A stretch of 64,000 nucleotides of DNA from Eledone cirrhosa (Eukaryota): assembly GCA_964016885.1 (NCBI GenBank), contig OZ024764.1:25916001-25980000 (forward strand), read 5' to 3'. The translations under genes were made by a program, and so were the position numbers. Numbering within the stretch: the stretch's first letter is position 1; the number at the start of each line of letters is the position of its first letter. The notes beneath the pieces are model-generated. The model was not told where the DNA came from and ran no database searches. It was given only the letters and a program-made list of their open reading frames with translations. This document shows positions 38,466 to 50,909 of this stretch, one piece after another.

Positions 38466-40944
38466 CTAGCTAATAGGCTTAAAGTAAAAGAAAGAGCTTA
38501 ATATCCGGTGGGGGCAAGAGGAAAATATTTCTGACTTTCTATTTAGTAGGGAGCACTTGGCAAATATAATAGAGTGGGATTCCGTAAGGCATAGGTTACA
38601 TACTCTATTATGAGGAGTATATGGATGGGATTTAGCAACTTGCCGCCAAGTGAGGGTGTACTGTGTTCGTGCATTTTTTAAATTGTGGACGTGCGCTGCC
38701 AAGGAGGTAGAATTCTTCAGTTTATTATGTCTAAATGTACACTGGTGGGAGTTAAATCTGGTTTTAAAAGGGGTGGAAGTTGATCCAATATAAGTTTTAG
38801 TGGACGCAGTAGTTACCACATCACACGCATAAACTATGTTTCTAGTAAGGCAGAAACCATTCAGGGGGCAGCCCGAAGCCCTTCTACAGTTACAATTTCT
38901 GGTGATGCTATTATCTAAATGATCACCAGCTTGCTGATCACGGGTGTTCAGGCTACCTCTGTCAACTCCAATGTTTTCCCCTAGGCGTAAGGTGTCGAGG
39001 CCTTCCTTAATTTTCTTATTATTGGTATTGGCTAGATGAGAGGCCAGATTTTGGGTTGTAGAATACGAGAGTTTAACCACATTCTTATTGAGGATAGAAT
39101 GGTACCTATTACCAGGAGGGAAGTTCCTTTCTAACACAGAGAAGAAGGCCCTAGGAATATTCGTAGCCACTTCGGAGTTAAATGGGGGGGTTAAAATATG
39201 TATTCAATCTTCTTCTATTCTTTTTATCTTTATTATTATTACCATTATTATTATTACCATTATTATTATTATTAATTCCATTGCTAAGGTTACTATGTTC
39301 ACCTAATCTATGCGGGGAGCTAAGAGGCCTACCATTACTGTTACTTAGTCCATTGGTACCCTGTTGGTGCATTTTACCGGCGTTCAAAACCCTCATGTTC
39401 GAAACACCTCTATTACCAATGGACATATTATGTGTTATAACACCTCTATTACCAATGGACATATTATGTGTTATAACAACACTGGTAGAGCTACTATTTG
39501 GACTATTATTTCCCTGGGCATAATGTAATTTGTCCCTAAAGCCGGATCTAGCTAAGGCATCATTATAATAATCAGCCTGCGAGTTAAACGCCTCTTCGCT
39601 ATGTGAGAGTGAACTTATTCTGTTAGAGACCCCCTTCAATATACCACTGATGACCGACCTAGGGTGGTTGGAGTTAGTATTCACATAAGTCAGCAATTCA
39701 TTAGGCTTATGGTACGGTGTGTACGTATGGTTACCTAAGTCCAATGTAACATCAAGGAAGTTGACAGTCCTATCATTTATATCCATAGTAATGGACAGAT
39801 TGAAGGTTTTAAAGAATTTATACAGCTTTTTCCTAATGCGCACTATATTATACTTGCTAGCCTCTATGGAGAGTAGGGCATCATCACGGTACAACCCACC
39901 CCTAAGGAATGGGAAGTTACTATGTAGTTCAGTAAGGAGGTAGAGCCCAACTAAGTCGGTGACCTGGGCAGAATCACTTGACCCCATAGTAATGTCAAAA
40001 TTATCCGGTGTGTTTTTTCTCGTCCATAAATTATCCTCAAACATAATGATGGTTTTACGTGCAGCGAGAACGATATCTATCTGTGGCCGTGTAATGACCC
40101 CTCTCTGCATGGCTAGGATAAGGGCCTTATTGAGGATGATAGGAGATATAGATGTATAATAAGCATCAATATCAAATTGGATAAACCTAAGCGAATCACG
40201 CTTACAATCCGTAGAAAACCACCTAATGACTTCACTAGTATTACCCCAAAGCTCAAGGAATGTTTTTTCTTTAACCAGGGGAATTACGCTATCTAAGATT
40301 CTCTTACTTATAATCCCCAAATCAGACTTGGAGGGGCAGATAAGCCTAACTGAGGGGCTACTAATAAAGTTTTCCTTATGGTCCTTAAGGGTGAATCTAG
40401 GCTGTTTGGGGTAATATGGTTGAGTGTGTTTATCTAGACCTAATTTTACTACTATGTTATACCCCTCTAGATTAATATTATCTAAATTACTCTGCGTTGT
40501 TTTTTTGTAGTTCCTATGTAGTTCATTATAAATGAAGCCACGATAAGTTTTATAATCCATACTATACAGGTTTTTAGTTTTGTCGGAAGGGACCAGAATA
40601 GATTTATTATCCTTAAAGTCCTTAACGATAGAACCGAGTTTACTCTGAAACTTATTGGTACATCTAGATTTTTTATACCTAATATTCCTGACAAGGGATA
40701 ACAGCTCACTTTCGAAATTATCCAATAGGCTATTGTGTGGGGGGCTCCTATATGTCTTAAAGCCATAATTATTAAAACTACACTTATCATCAGGGTTATC
40801 ATACTTCTTATCAAAATGGAACGCACGCCACCGAACACGTTTTACAAAGGAATTTATGCTAGTTATAAGCAATTTCTCATATGAAATTTTAGAAGGGGTG
40901 GGAATATTCTTCAAAGAAATGGGTAAGTATGTCTTTGTTAGCAA
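38466..40944 (-). CDS. Naiad-type PLE polyprotein (RT plus GIY-YIG endonuclease), split by one extra base in a C7 run at 39184-39190
   Basis: SLKNIPTPS..RVRWRAFHF, LVPSDKTKNLY, TLKDHKENF, FDIDAYY, TMGSSD, GLYRDD, VNFLDVTLDL, CNCRRASGCPLNGFCL, IVY..YIGST..FKTRFNSH, CNLCLTE, LNRKSE..CPH; deleting one C gives the continuous YFNPPFNSEVATNI. Confidence 0.88.
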
Positions 40945-41299
40945 TTAAAGATATACCTATGTTCTAAGCGCTCTTTGTTGTTAATTGTATTACGGCTCTG
41001 ACCTCTGACATTGAGCTAACCATATACTGCCTATTTGATAAGTGGAGTGTTACACACTCCCAATTCTCTCCCTTATATATACTCTTACGTGTATATTTTA
41101 TTATGTATTTATATACATACAATGAATTATTAACTTATTAAAAACTACAATATATGATTAAATTATGTTTGATTTTAATGTCTATGAAAGAAAATTATTA
41201 TAATTGATCTAAATTAATGTTAAAATAAATTTTTAAAAATCTAAATAAACAGTTTATTTGTTAACATAACCGTCGTGATAATATTGGTTCCTTATATAG

Positions 41300-41432
41300 G
41301 CATAAGACCAACAATTTTGGGGCAGGAGAAAGTAGATTAAATCAACACCAGTGCATTACTGGTACTTTATTTTCTCGACCTAGTAAGGATAAAAGGCAAA
41401 GTTAACCTCGGAGGGATTTGAACTCAGATCAT
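41300..41432 (-). mobile_element. Partial tRNA-derived SINE
   Basis: ctggtactttattttctcgacc..aaggcaaagttaacctcggagggatttgaactcagatc. Confidence 0.7.
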
Positions 41433-42889
41433 ACCGTTGTCATATTACAAATAAAAAGAGAGGGAGTCGGGCTGCTAACTGTAAGGTTCTTGTCTTTAGG
41501 TGGGGTGTTGTGTTGGTCGTTGGGTAGGAGGTGTTGGCCGATGGGTTGAGCATGTAGTGTCACTGAACCACGATCAAGGCTGCGATAGTGATGCTTCTGT
41601 GGTTTCATATTTCAACACAGGCAAAATTATCTATAATATGAACAGCTAAATTGTGGAGAAATTCATTCAATTGCTACAGGTCTGACCCTTAGTCTGAATT
41701 ATATCTACTTATGTAGGTTTAACTTTACCAAGATTACCGAATCACTGCTCGAACTTGGGGCTTCTAAAACTAACTTATTGTGTTAGCAGATGTTGGATGA
41801 GAATCTTCAATAAAAATGTGGAGAAGCAAGGCGATAGATCTTTCTTTTTGTTTAAATTAATTTTTACGTGTTTTCTTTTCTTTTTCTTGTAAATACAACC
41901 GACGTGTTGTAAGAGTGGTTGAGTTACTGCAGTGTTAATGCTTCAGTGTGTGGAAGCCAGGTTAACAGAGCAGAAATCTTGTTGAGAGATGTACCGGTAC
42001 CAACCACATAATTATGGAGATAACGTTCAGATGAGTAATAAATTGTGGAATGTCCTAGCTTTCGTCCTGGTAAGGCTAAGTAGGCTATTTGCTGTGTTAC
42101 CTTAGGTTTGTAAGGACTATTTAAGTCAATATTTCAGTGATTGATTTCTTGTTTTTGGTGGGTAGTCGCCCGTGGTTGTATGTGTTGCTTATGTTGACTT
42201 AAGTGGAGCCCTAAAAAAACCCGTCCGGCAGGGACGGCTGCCTAAACATAATTTTGAGATGTATCAAAAACAGTGGAGGAGAAATAAATATAATACATTC
42301 ACGAAACATGTGTTACACGTGATTACGAATAAAATATCAAACTGAAACTTGGATCACTCAATCCTGATATATATTTCATTATGGAACTAACCCCCGTTTA
42401 GTTCCCGATTGTCTTTAAACTGGGGCTTAAAGCAACCAACCAAACAGTCCCTTCCTAATTCAAGAAGGTATGTGACCTGAAATAAATTTGGCTGCTATTT
42501 CCAACAGGTCAAGTAACCACATAGAGGTCTTCACTCCTTCTCTCGAAACAAACATATTTGTTATTGTTAGTGGTTTTAGCCAAAAAGTTGTTGAAATCAG
42601 TAATTTTTTACAGGAAAGTTAGGATTAACTAATGAACTTGATACAATTGAGTGAGGGAAGATTTTAGCTGGCCAACATAGAAAACACTTTCTAAATGAGA
42701 CAGAACACTTTGTAGAATAATTATTTCAATGATTCTTTCATTTCACTTATTTTTCCTTCTTTTCTTTAACCTTCTTATTAGATTATATATTGTCTTATAT
42801 TTTCACTTGGACTCTATACTTCTCTGTGTTATACCTATAAGGTTCCATGTGAAACACCATAACTAGAATACAATTGAACAACAAACAAA

Positions 42890-42972
42890 CGATTTGTTTC
42901 GATTATAACGAATTTTTCGTTACAACGAATTATTTTTATACCCCGTGAATTTCGTTATAACGGAATTTCACT
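42890..42972. mobile_element. pogo/Tigger-like MITE terminus
   Basis: Repeated ataacgaa/ttcgttata motifs ending cactg-ta. Confidence 0.5.
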
Positions 42973-42997
42973 GTATATATGTTATATGTGTGTATGC

Positions 42998-43053
<56 letters not shown>

Positions 43054-43940
43054 AGAAGGAGAATGATATTCTGGTGGTTTTCTAGCTTACTCTGAAGTCT
43101 GTACAAAAGACTTGCTGTTGTTGATTGTTTAACTAAACGTAAGAGTTTAAATAAAGAAAAATCTGTAATGGATAATTTCACTGCTATTTCTAGCAGGGTG
43201 AGAGACTACGTAGATATGTAACTGATATTTTACTGAAAATCGTAAAATACGATTGGAACTGTGTCTGAAGGTATTAAATTATATCAGGGACTTTTAACGT
43301 GTGACACCGGTAAGAGAGTTAAATCATTTCCAACGACACCGAGTACTTGAATTAATCTAATTATATCTTGTGTAAAAATTATATATATTTATAACTAAAG
43401 ATGAAGAAAATACACCAACGTTAATATCGTGAAGTAAAGCTGATAACATCTTTGAAACTTCTAATTTGATAACAAAGAGATTATTTCTTTGGTTGTTTAG
43501 TAAAACTTAACAACACAACACATTGATTATATCTGAAGGAGGTAAGTTGACAAAGATTTACTTAATGTCTATATTAATGTGTGTAAATAATATAATTATG
43601 TGAACCCTACAACGATCCAGTAATTATATACAAGTGAAAATATATATAACAACATTGGGAAAATATATTTCTTCCTCCACTTTTATATATAGAAAAAATA
43701 CTTCCAAACTGAAATGTTGATGTGATATTTTTCAATCAGCAGATTCAACTGTTACATGTGATATAAAATATATTATCATGACTATCTTTATTATCTAATT
43801 ACCTCCGTCTATATTTCAACCACTGGAACAACCTCAAACAAGAAACAGTTGTCACACCCTCAGTCAACATTTTAAAGTGAAAGATCTAAATAAATGTTAT
43901 GAGTGTATATAGATAGATGTATGTTGTGTGTGTATATATA

Positions 43941-44100
43941 CAGTAATTCCCCGCTATATCGTGGTTCACTTTTCGCGGTCCCGTTACATCGCGGATATTT
44001 TTTTGGAACGTATCTAATTTCGTCTCGCGGTAATCCTCGCCACATCGCGGATTATTCGTTAGAACATATCTAGTTTCTTTTCGCGGTACGTCTGAATAAA
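43941..44100. mobile_element. pogo/Tigger-like MITE terminus
   Basis: ta-cagtaattccccgctatatcgtgg with repeated tcgcgg motifs. Confidence 0.5.
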
Positions 44101-44404
44101 AAGTGTTTAAAATTTAAACTTATTAAATAAGTTTCAATGTTATTAAAGTGTATATCGTAAGGAAGGGACATCTTAAGGCTTTAATTATGAACAAATGTTT
44201 TTCATTCCATTACTGTTTTACTGATTGTTTTGCTCTAATCTACTACAAACCCTTCATAGATTGACGGGAGATGTGCAGTGTATTACCAAGTGGCTACCGT
44301 GGCTGGCAATGGTCCTCATTGGTAACTAGTGGTATGATAGTTGGTGGTAGTTTCTATACGATCGTTACTGGTTGTTTTTATCATGGTTGGTTCTGGAACG
44401 TATC

Positions 44405-45430
44405 CTGGCTTAGTGGTTAAAGCATTGGGCTTGCAATCTAAAGGTTGTGAGTTCGATTGTCGTACCGGGTGATGTGTTGCATCCTTTATTTCACATTGTT
44501 TACTCAGCTGTAGAAATGAGTTGTGATGTTACTGGTGCCAAGCTGTATCAGCCATTGTCTTTCTCTTGGACAACATCATATATAGTGTATAATATATACT
44601 GCACACAGTGTATATATAATATATATATAGTATATATGCTGTGACACTGGTGCCAAGCTGTATCAGCCATTGTCTTTCTCTTGGACAACATCATATATAG
44701 TGTATAATATATACTGCACACAGTGTATATATAATATATATATAGTATATATGCTGTGACACTGGTGCCAAGCTGTATCACCCATTGCCTTTCTCTTGGA
44801 CAACATCATATATAGTGTATAATATATATTGTACACAGTGTATATATAATATATATATAGTATATATGCTGTGACACTGGTGCCAAGCTGTATCAGCCAT
44901 TGCCTTTTTCTTGGACAACATTATATATCATGTATAATATATACTGTACACAGTGTATATATAATATATATATAGTATATATGCTGTGACACTGGTGCCA
45001 AGCTGTATCAGCCATTGCCTTTTTCTTGGACAACATTATATATCATGTATAATATATACTGTACACAGTGTATATATAATATATATATAGTATATATGCT
45101 GTGACACTGGTGCCAAGCTGTATCAGCCATTGCCTTTTTCTTGGACAACATTATATATCATGTATAATATATACTGTACACAGTGTATATATAATATATA
45201 TATAGTGTATATATGTTGTGATACTGGTGCCAAGCTGTATCAGCCATTGCCTTTCTCTTGGACAATATCATATATAGTGTACATAGTATATATATAATAT
45301 ATATATAAGCTATATATACTGTGTATAGTGTATATATGTTGTGGCGTCACTGGTGCCAAGCTGTATCAGCCATTGCCTTTACCTTGGACAACATCATATA
45401 TAGTGCATCATATACTGTACATAGTGTATA
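44405..45430 (+). repeat. tRNA-derived SINE head followed by a ~115-bp minisatellite (about 8 copies) amplified from its 3' part
   Basis: A-box tggcttagtggtt, B-box gagttcgatt; actggtgccaagctgtatca recurs at 44531, 44646, 44761, 44876 and onward to about 45350. Confidence 0.85.
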
Positions 45431-46264
45431 TCTGTTCTTGGACCCCTTTTTGTTTGTTGCATATGTAGTGGATAAATGTATTCATTTGTGGATGAATGAT
45501 AAAAAGAATAATGCCAGAATTGTGATGTTGACAATGTTTATTTTACAATAACAATATTCACTTGTTTCTACATTGAATATCGAGTAACATAGAACCATCT
45601 AGGCAATAGAAGGAGCTGGTGTCCTGTGTCCACTTACTACTTATTGCACCTGAGCATCAGCCACATACAAAATCTACGTTCTTAGATAGCTTACCTTTAA
45701 TCCCACTACATCTTTTATGTACCCATAGTTTGCATTTGGGACATAAAATGGTATTTCTACCTACTCCTTTGCTACATACTGAACATGGCCATTTCCCAGA
45801 GGGCACCTGTGCCCTATTTTCCTTTCTACATACTAGAATATGTGTATGTAACTCAAATAGTGGTCCCCCATCCTCACTTTGGTCTCAAATAATTGTACCC
45901 CACCCTCGCTTTCGTCTCAAATAATCTTCCCCACCTTCACTTATTTATTTTTCAGATTTTTTACACCACCACCCCATTCTTGATTCACCCTACCCTCTGT
46001 TTATTAAATTTTTCTTATCTCTGGTGAAATATTATTCAAAGTGGTCGCATTCTTGCGACAATTTTCTTTAGACATTAAAAAACATTTTACATGACATAAA
46101 AAGTACATTACTAGAAATGCCATATGTTTTAAAATAAATAAGATGGGTTGGGGTCTCATTATGTAAACTAAATGACTAATTCTGGATTTCTATCTCTGGT
46201 GAAGTTTTACCGATTTTCCACACACCCCACGCTTCTTTCTGGGTCGATGTATTTAATATATCAA

Positions 46265-46710
46265 AAAGCACCCAGTCCACATTGTAAAGTCGTTATGTAG
46301 GTGTCAAAAAGCACTCAGCCCACACTGTAAATTGATCTTGTAGGTATCACATCAAAAAGCACCCAGTCTGCACTGTAAAGTGGTTGTGTAGGTGTCAGAA
46401 CAAAAAGTGCCCAGCATACACTGTAAAGTGGTTGTGTAGGTGTCAGAACAAAAAGTGCCCAGCATACACTGTGAAGTGTTTGTGTAGGTGTCAGAACAAA
46501 AAGCACCTAGTCTACACTATAAAGTGTTGTGTAGGTGTCAGAACAAAAAGCACCCAGCATACACTGTATATATGGTTGGCATTAGGAAGAGCATCCCTCC
46601 ATGTAAACAAAGACAGAAACAGTTCTGTATGAGCAAAACGAAATTGCTTCGAATGGGACAACCCATCAAACCCATGCTACCTTGGAAAACGGCCGTTAAA
46701 TGATAATGAT
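46265..46710 (+). repeat. 48-bp minisatellite (about 7 copies) inside a SINE-like body
   Basis: aaaagcacccagcatacactgtaaagtggttgtgtaggtgtcagaac units, then tggttggcattaggaagagcatcc...gttaaatgataatgat tail. Confidence 0.75.
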
Positions 46711-46955
46711 GTATGTATATGAATTTTTTTTTCTTTTACATCTGGGAGTGAAAGGCCTCCAGTTGTTGTCACAACCTTCTAGGAGAAGAAAACTCTGAAA
46801 GAAAACCTGCGGCTTAGGAAGCGTCCGATGATGTTGATCAGTTCTCTTTTTTGGGTAGCGTTTTTGATGTTCAGAGAGTGGGATTGGTTGAGTGCAAGGC
46901 CTTTCCCCACTTAAAAATGTATGTATGTATGTAAATATGTATGTATGTATATATG

Positions 46956-48343
46956 TGAGACAGGTTGTACTGGGATACATGTTACCAGTAGCACCAAGTG
47001 GTGACCTGACATATGGTCGGGTCGTTGGCGACTAAACTGGCAACCCCACCAAGGTTTCTTGGTGAGGAGGGTGACTTTGGACATCCTGCAGGACTAAAAA
47101 CAAAACCTGTCAAAGGGCAAAGGAGCTCTTAAGAGTCAATGGCCATCCAAAATCACTGGGAGAGATGACCCCTTAGCCTTTGTCAAGGCAGAATTCTAGG
47201 AGAAGGAAAACTCTGATATAACACCTGCAACCCTGATGGTATCCAATGATGTTGACTTGTTCTTCTTTTTGGTAAATATCATCTTGGTTAAGAGAGTGGG
47301 ACTGGCTTTGTGCAGTGCCTTTGCTCACTATAAAAGCTTCACGGCACAGGCATTGCTTTATATCTGGAGATCTCTCTGCACTTGTCGTCACATGGTACCA
47401 AAGTCAAAGCACTATGTGTCAATAATTGTCACAAGTGTAGTGTTTGTACCAGAGTTTTCAAGTCGCTGGCTGGACTCAAAAGTCACACTCGTTCAGCGCA
47501 TCGGTAGGGGTTCCCCTACATGAATATAAAGTAGTGGCCGTACTCGAAAACGAGTTGGCAGCCACCATGTATATATGTACATATATATGTATGTATGTAT
47601 ATATATATGTATATACATATATGTCAGGTCACCAGTTGGTACTACTGGTAACATGTATCCCAGTACAACCTGTCTCATGGTCGGGTCGTTGGCGACTAAA
47701 CTGGCAACCGCACCAAGGTTTCTTGGTGAGGAGGGTGACTTTGGACATCCTGCAGGACTAAAACAAAACCTGTTAAAAGGCAAAGGAGCTCTTAAGAGTC
47801 AATGGCCATCCAAAATCACCGGGAGAGATGACCCCTTAGCCTTTGTCAAGGCAGAATTCTAGGAGAAGGAAAACTCTGATATTACACCTGCAACTCTGAT
47901 GGTATCCAATGATGTTGACTTGTTCTTCTTTTTGGTAAATATCATCTTGGTTAAGAGAGTGGGACTGGCTTTGTGCAGTGCCTTTGCTCACTATAAAAGC
48001 TTCACGGCACAGGCATTGCTTTATATCTGGAGATCTCTCTGCACTTGTCATCACATGGTACCATGGGACCAGCACTATGTGTCAGTAATTGTCACAAGTG
48101 TAGTGTTTGTACCAGTTTTCAAGTTGCTGGCTGGATTAAAAAGTCACACTCGTTCAGCGCATCGGTAGGGGTTCTCCTACATGGATATAAAGTAGTGGCC
48201 GTACTCGAAAACGAGTTGGCAGCCACCATATATGTACATATATGTATATATGTACATATATATGTATATATGTACATATATATATATGTATGTATATATG
48301 TACATATATATATATGTATGTATATATATATGTATATATATAC

Positions 48344-48421
<78 letters not shown>

Positions 48422-48467
48422 GTATATATATATATGTACATATATATGTACATATATATATATGTAC

Positions 48468-48515
<48 letters not shown>

Positions 48516-48565
48516 GTATATATATATATGTACATATATATATATGTACATATATATATATGTAC

Positions 48566-48613
<48 letters not shown>

Positions 48614-49359
48614 GTATGTATACATATGTATATATATATGTATATATGTACATATATATATATATGAATGTATATGTGTATATGTATATATATATGTATA
48701 TATGTATGTATATATGTATGTATATATGTACATATATATGTATATATGTATGTCAGGTCACCAGTTGGTGCTACTGGTAACATGTATCCCAGTACAACCT
48801 GTCTCATGGTCGAGTCGTTGGCGACTAAACTGGCAACCCCACCAAGGTTTCTTGGTGAGGAGGGTGACTTTGGACATCCTGCAGGACTAAAAACAAAACC
48901 TGTCAAAGGTCAAAGGAGCTCTTAAGAGTCAATGGCCATCCAAAATCACCGGGAGAGATGACCCCTTAGCCTTAGTCAAGGTAGAATTCTAGGAGAAGGA
49001 AAACTCTGATATAACACCTGCAACCCTGATGATATCCAATGATGTTGACTTGTTCTTCTTTTTGGTAAATATCATCTTGGTTAAGAGAGTGGGACTGGCT
49101 TTGTGCAGTGCCTTTGCTCACTATAAAAGCTTCACGGCACAGGCATTGCTTTATATCTGGAGATCTCTCTGCATTTGTCGTCACATGGTACCATGGGCCC
49201 AGCACTATGTGTCAATAATTGTCACAAGTGTAGTGTTTGTACCAGAGTTTTGAAGTCGCTGGTTAGACTAAAAAGTCACACTCGTTCAGCGTATCGGTAG
49301 GGGTTCTCCTACATGGATATAAAGTAGTGGCCGTACTCGAAAACGAGTTGGCAGCCACC
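46956..49359 (+). mobile_element. Three head-to-tail copies of a ~610-bp RTE-derived non-autonomous element separated by TA/TATG microsatellites
   Basis: Copies at 46956-47567 (first 55 nt inverted), 47622-48227 and 48752-49359; 5' part RTE-5'UTR-like (gagaaggaaaactctgat); 3' part encodes an RTE C-terminal C2H2 remnant. Confidence 0.8.
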
Positions 49360-49392
49360 ATATATGTATATATGTACATATATATATATATG

Positions 49393-49570
49393 TCCTGCGT
49401 CTCCAACAGACCAGTGTCTGTCCTTAGGGCATCAACATACGTTAACCTTGGTCTTCCTCTTCTAGTGTGTCCATGTAGGGGCTCCCAAAGGAGCACTGAG
49501 TGCAATGTCAACTCTGGATGTCGGTGAGCATGTCCAGCTAACCTCAGTCTCGTCTGTGTCACTTTTGAGC
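49393..49570 (-). mobile_element. RTE-like LINE C-terminal fragment
   Basis: RLRLAGHAHRHPEL..LLWEPLHGHTRRGRPRLTYVDALRTDTG. Confidence 0.75.
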
Positions 49571-50909
49571 TGTTTTCTTGACTCGCTCATATATTCACAC
49601 AGCTTATGCTGAAAGAATAACTATGTTGCTTGTGTTTATTTCCATCTTCGGTTAGCTTCCCCCTGTGTTGTTTACTTGTCTCACTCGCTTTACGCGTTTC
49701 TTTTGTCCTAATAACTTATTATAGTTATTATCGCTCCAACGTGAGGTATATGATTTTTAATGCGATGAAATACCCATGATCGTTTGGTAAATCACTGATG
49801 AGGGACTCATTTTATAACATGTTATCCATGTGCAACCAGCAGTATTCTACTCACCCATATTTACATGTATATATATATATATATATATACATACATATGA
49901 ATATATTTGTATATATGTTTATGTGTATATATCATCATCATTGTAGACACTAGAAATGAAAACTGATACAGGGTATAGAGCTCTTAAGTCCAGTAAAATA
50001 ACCTCTCTAGTGCCACAAACAATACACCCAGCCCTTGCTGTAAAGTAGTTGATGAGAGGAAGGGCATCCAACCAGAAAAGAAAAAAAACGCCAAAATTAT
50101 GGAAATCCCTGCAAATAAAATTCCCACTAATTGTGTCTACAGGACTAACACAAGTCACGTTGGTGGGGTGCCTAGGGTAGCCATATGTGAGAATCCTTTG
50201 ACTCTTATCAAGCAATTGCATAGCATTTTCCCCTTCCAGGTAGAAAGAACTGTTACTCAAGAAACTGTCAAGTTACACATCTCAGGTCTCAGACAATTAC
50301 CATGTTAGAATGTCATATAAGAATGAAGTTCTTGGGTAAAGGCTATAAGGCAGACCTCCCAAGAGTTAGAAGCATCTTGGAATACCACTGCTTACATTGG
50401 AGAGAATTGCTCTGGACAGGAAAGTTGATATCTACAGTTTATCAATATAGAAATATAAAATTTCCACTGTTAAATCTATCTCTGCTTCTAAAGTATTCTC
50501 TATTATCTCATGCTGTTTCTTTCTTATTTCAGAATATCAGATGACATTGGGGTTAAATTTATTTTTTAATCTTGAATACATCCCCTCTATTTATCATCAT
50601 TTCAAGAATAAAGCTTTTCATGCAGAACTCATATAACACTGTTTATATAAATCTATGGCAGAATTACTGTGAAATATTTCCTCAGAACTGTGTTTCTTTG
50701 AAAAATATTGTTTTGTCACCATCTGAAATATTTACAAGATGATTTTGAATCTTAACTAAACTTGGATCAGAAAGAAGTTTGCATCATCTTCAGATCTTGA
50801 CTGAGGTGACAGTTGGGGGAAATATAGCAGAAGAAATATTTTTATGAATATAATATAAAAAAATAACACAAGAATAACATCTGTAAATTTTGACAAGGGA
50901 AGAAGAAAC

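Larger units (their letters stand above)
35913..41073 (-). mobile_element. Penelope-like retroelement, Naiad type, about 5.16 kb, flanked by an 18-bp TSD
   Basis: TSD tatatatactcttacgtg at 35895-35912 and 41074-41091; RT plus GIY-YIG ORF; hammerhead at the 3' end. Confidence 0.88.

Noticed and set aside
38466-40944. Selenoprotein-type Naiad
   Set aside because: No in-frame TGA at the conserved Cys positions in this copy
40933-41023. Possible 88-nt intron (ATG|gttagc...tgctaacaaag|) supplying a start codon to the PLE ORF
   Set aside because: In frame, but weak donor, AAG acceptor and no pyrimidine tract; the inversion model explains the same segment better. Not fully excluded without RNA data
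41500-42240. Possible ancient Gypsy RT/RNase H remnant on the minus strand
   Set aside because: Only vague motif resemblance; not supportable without tBLASTn
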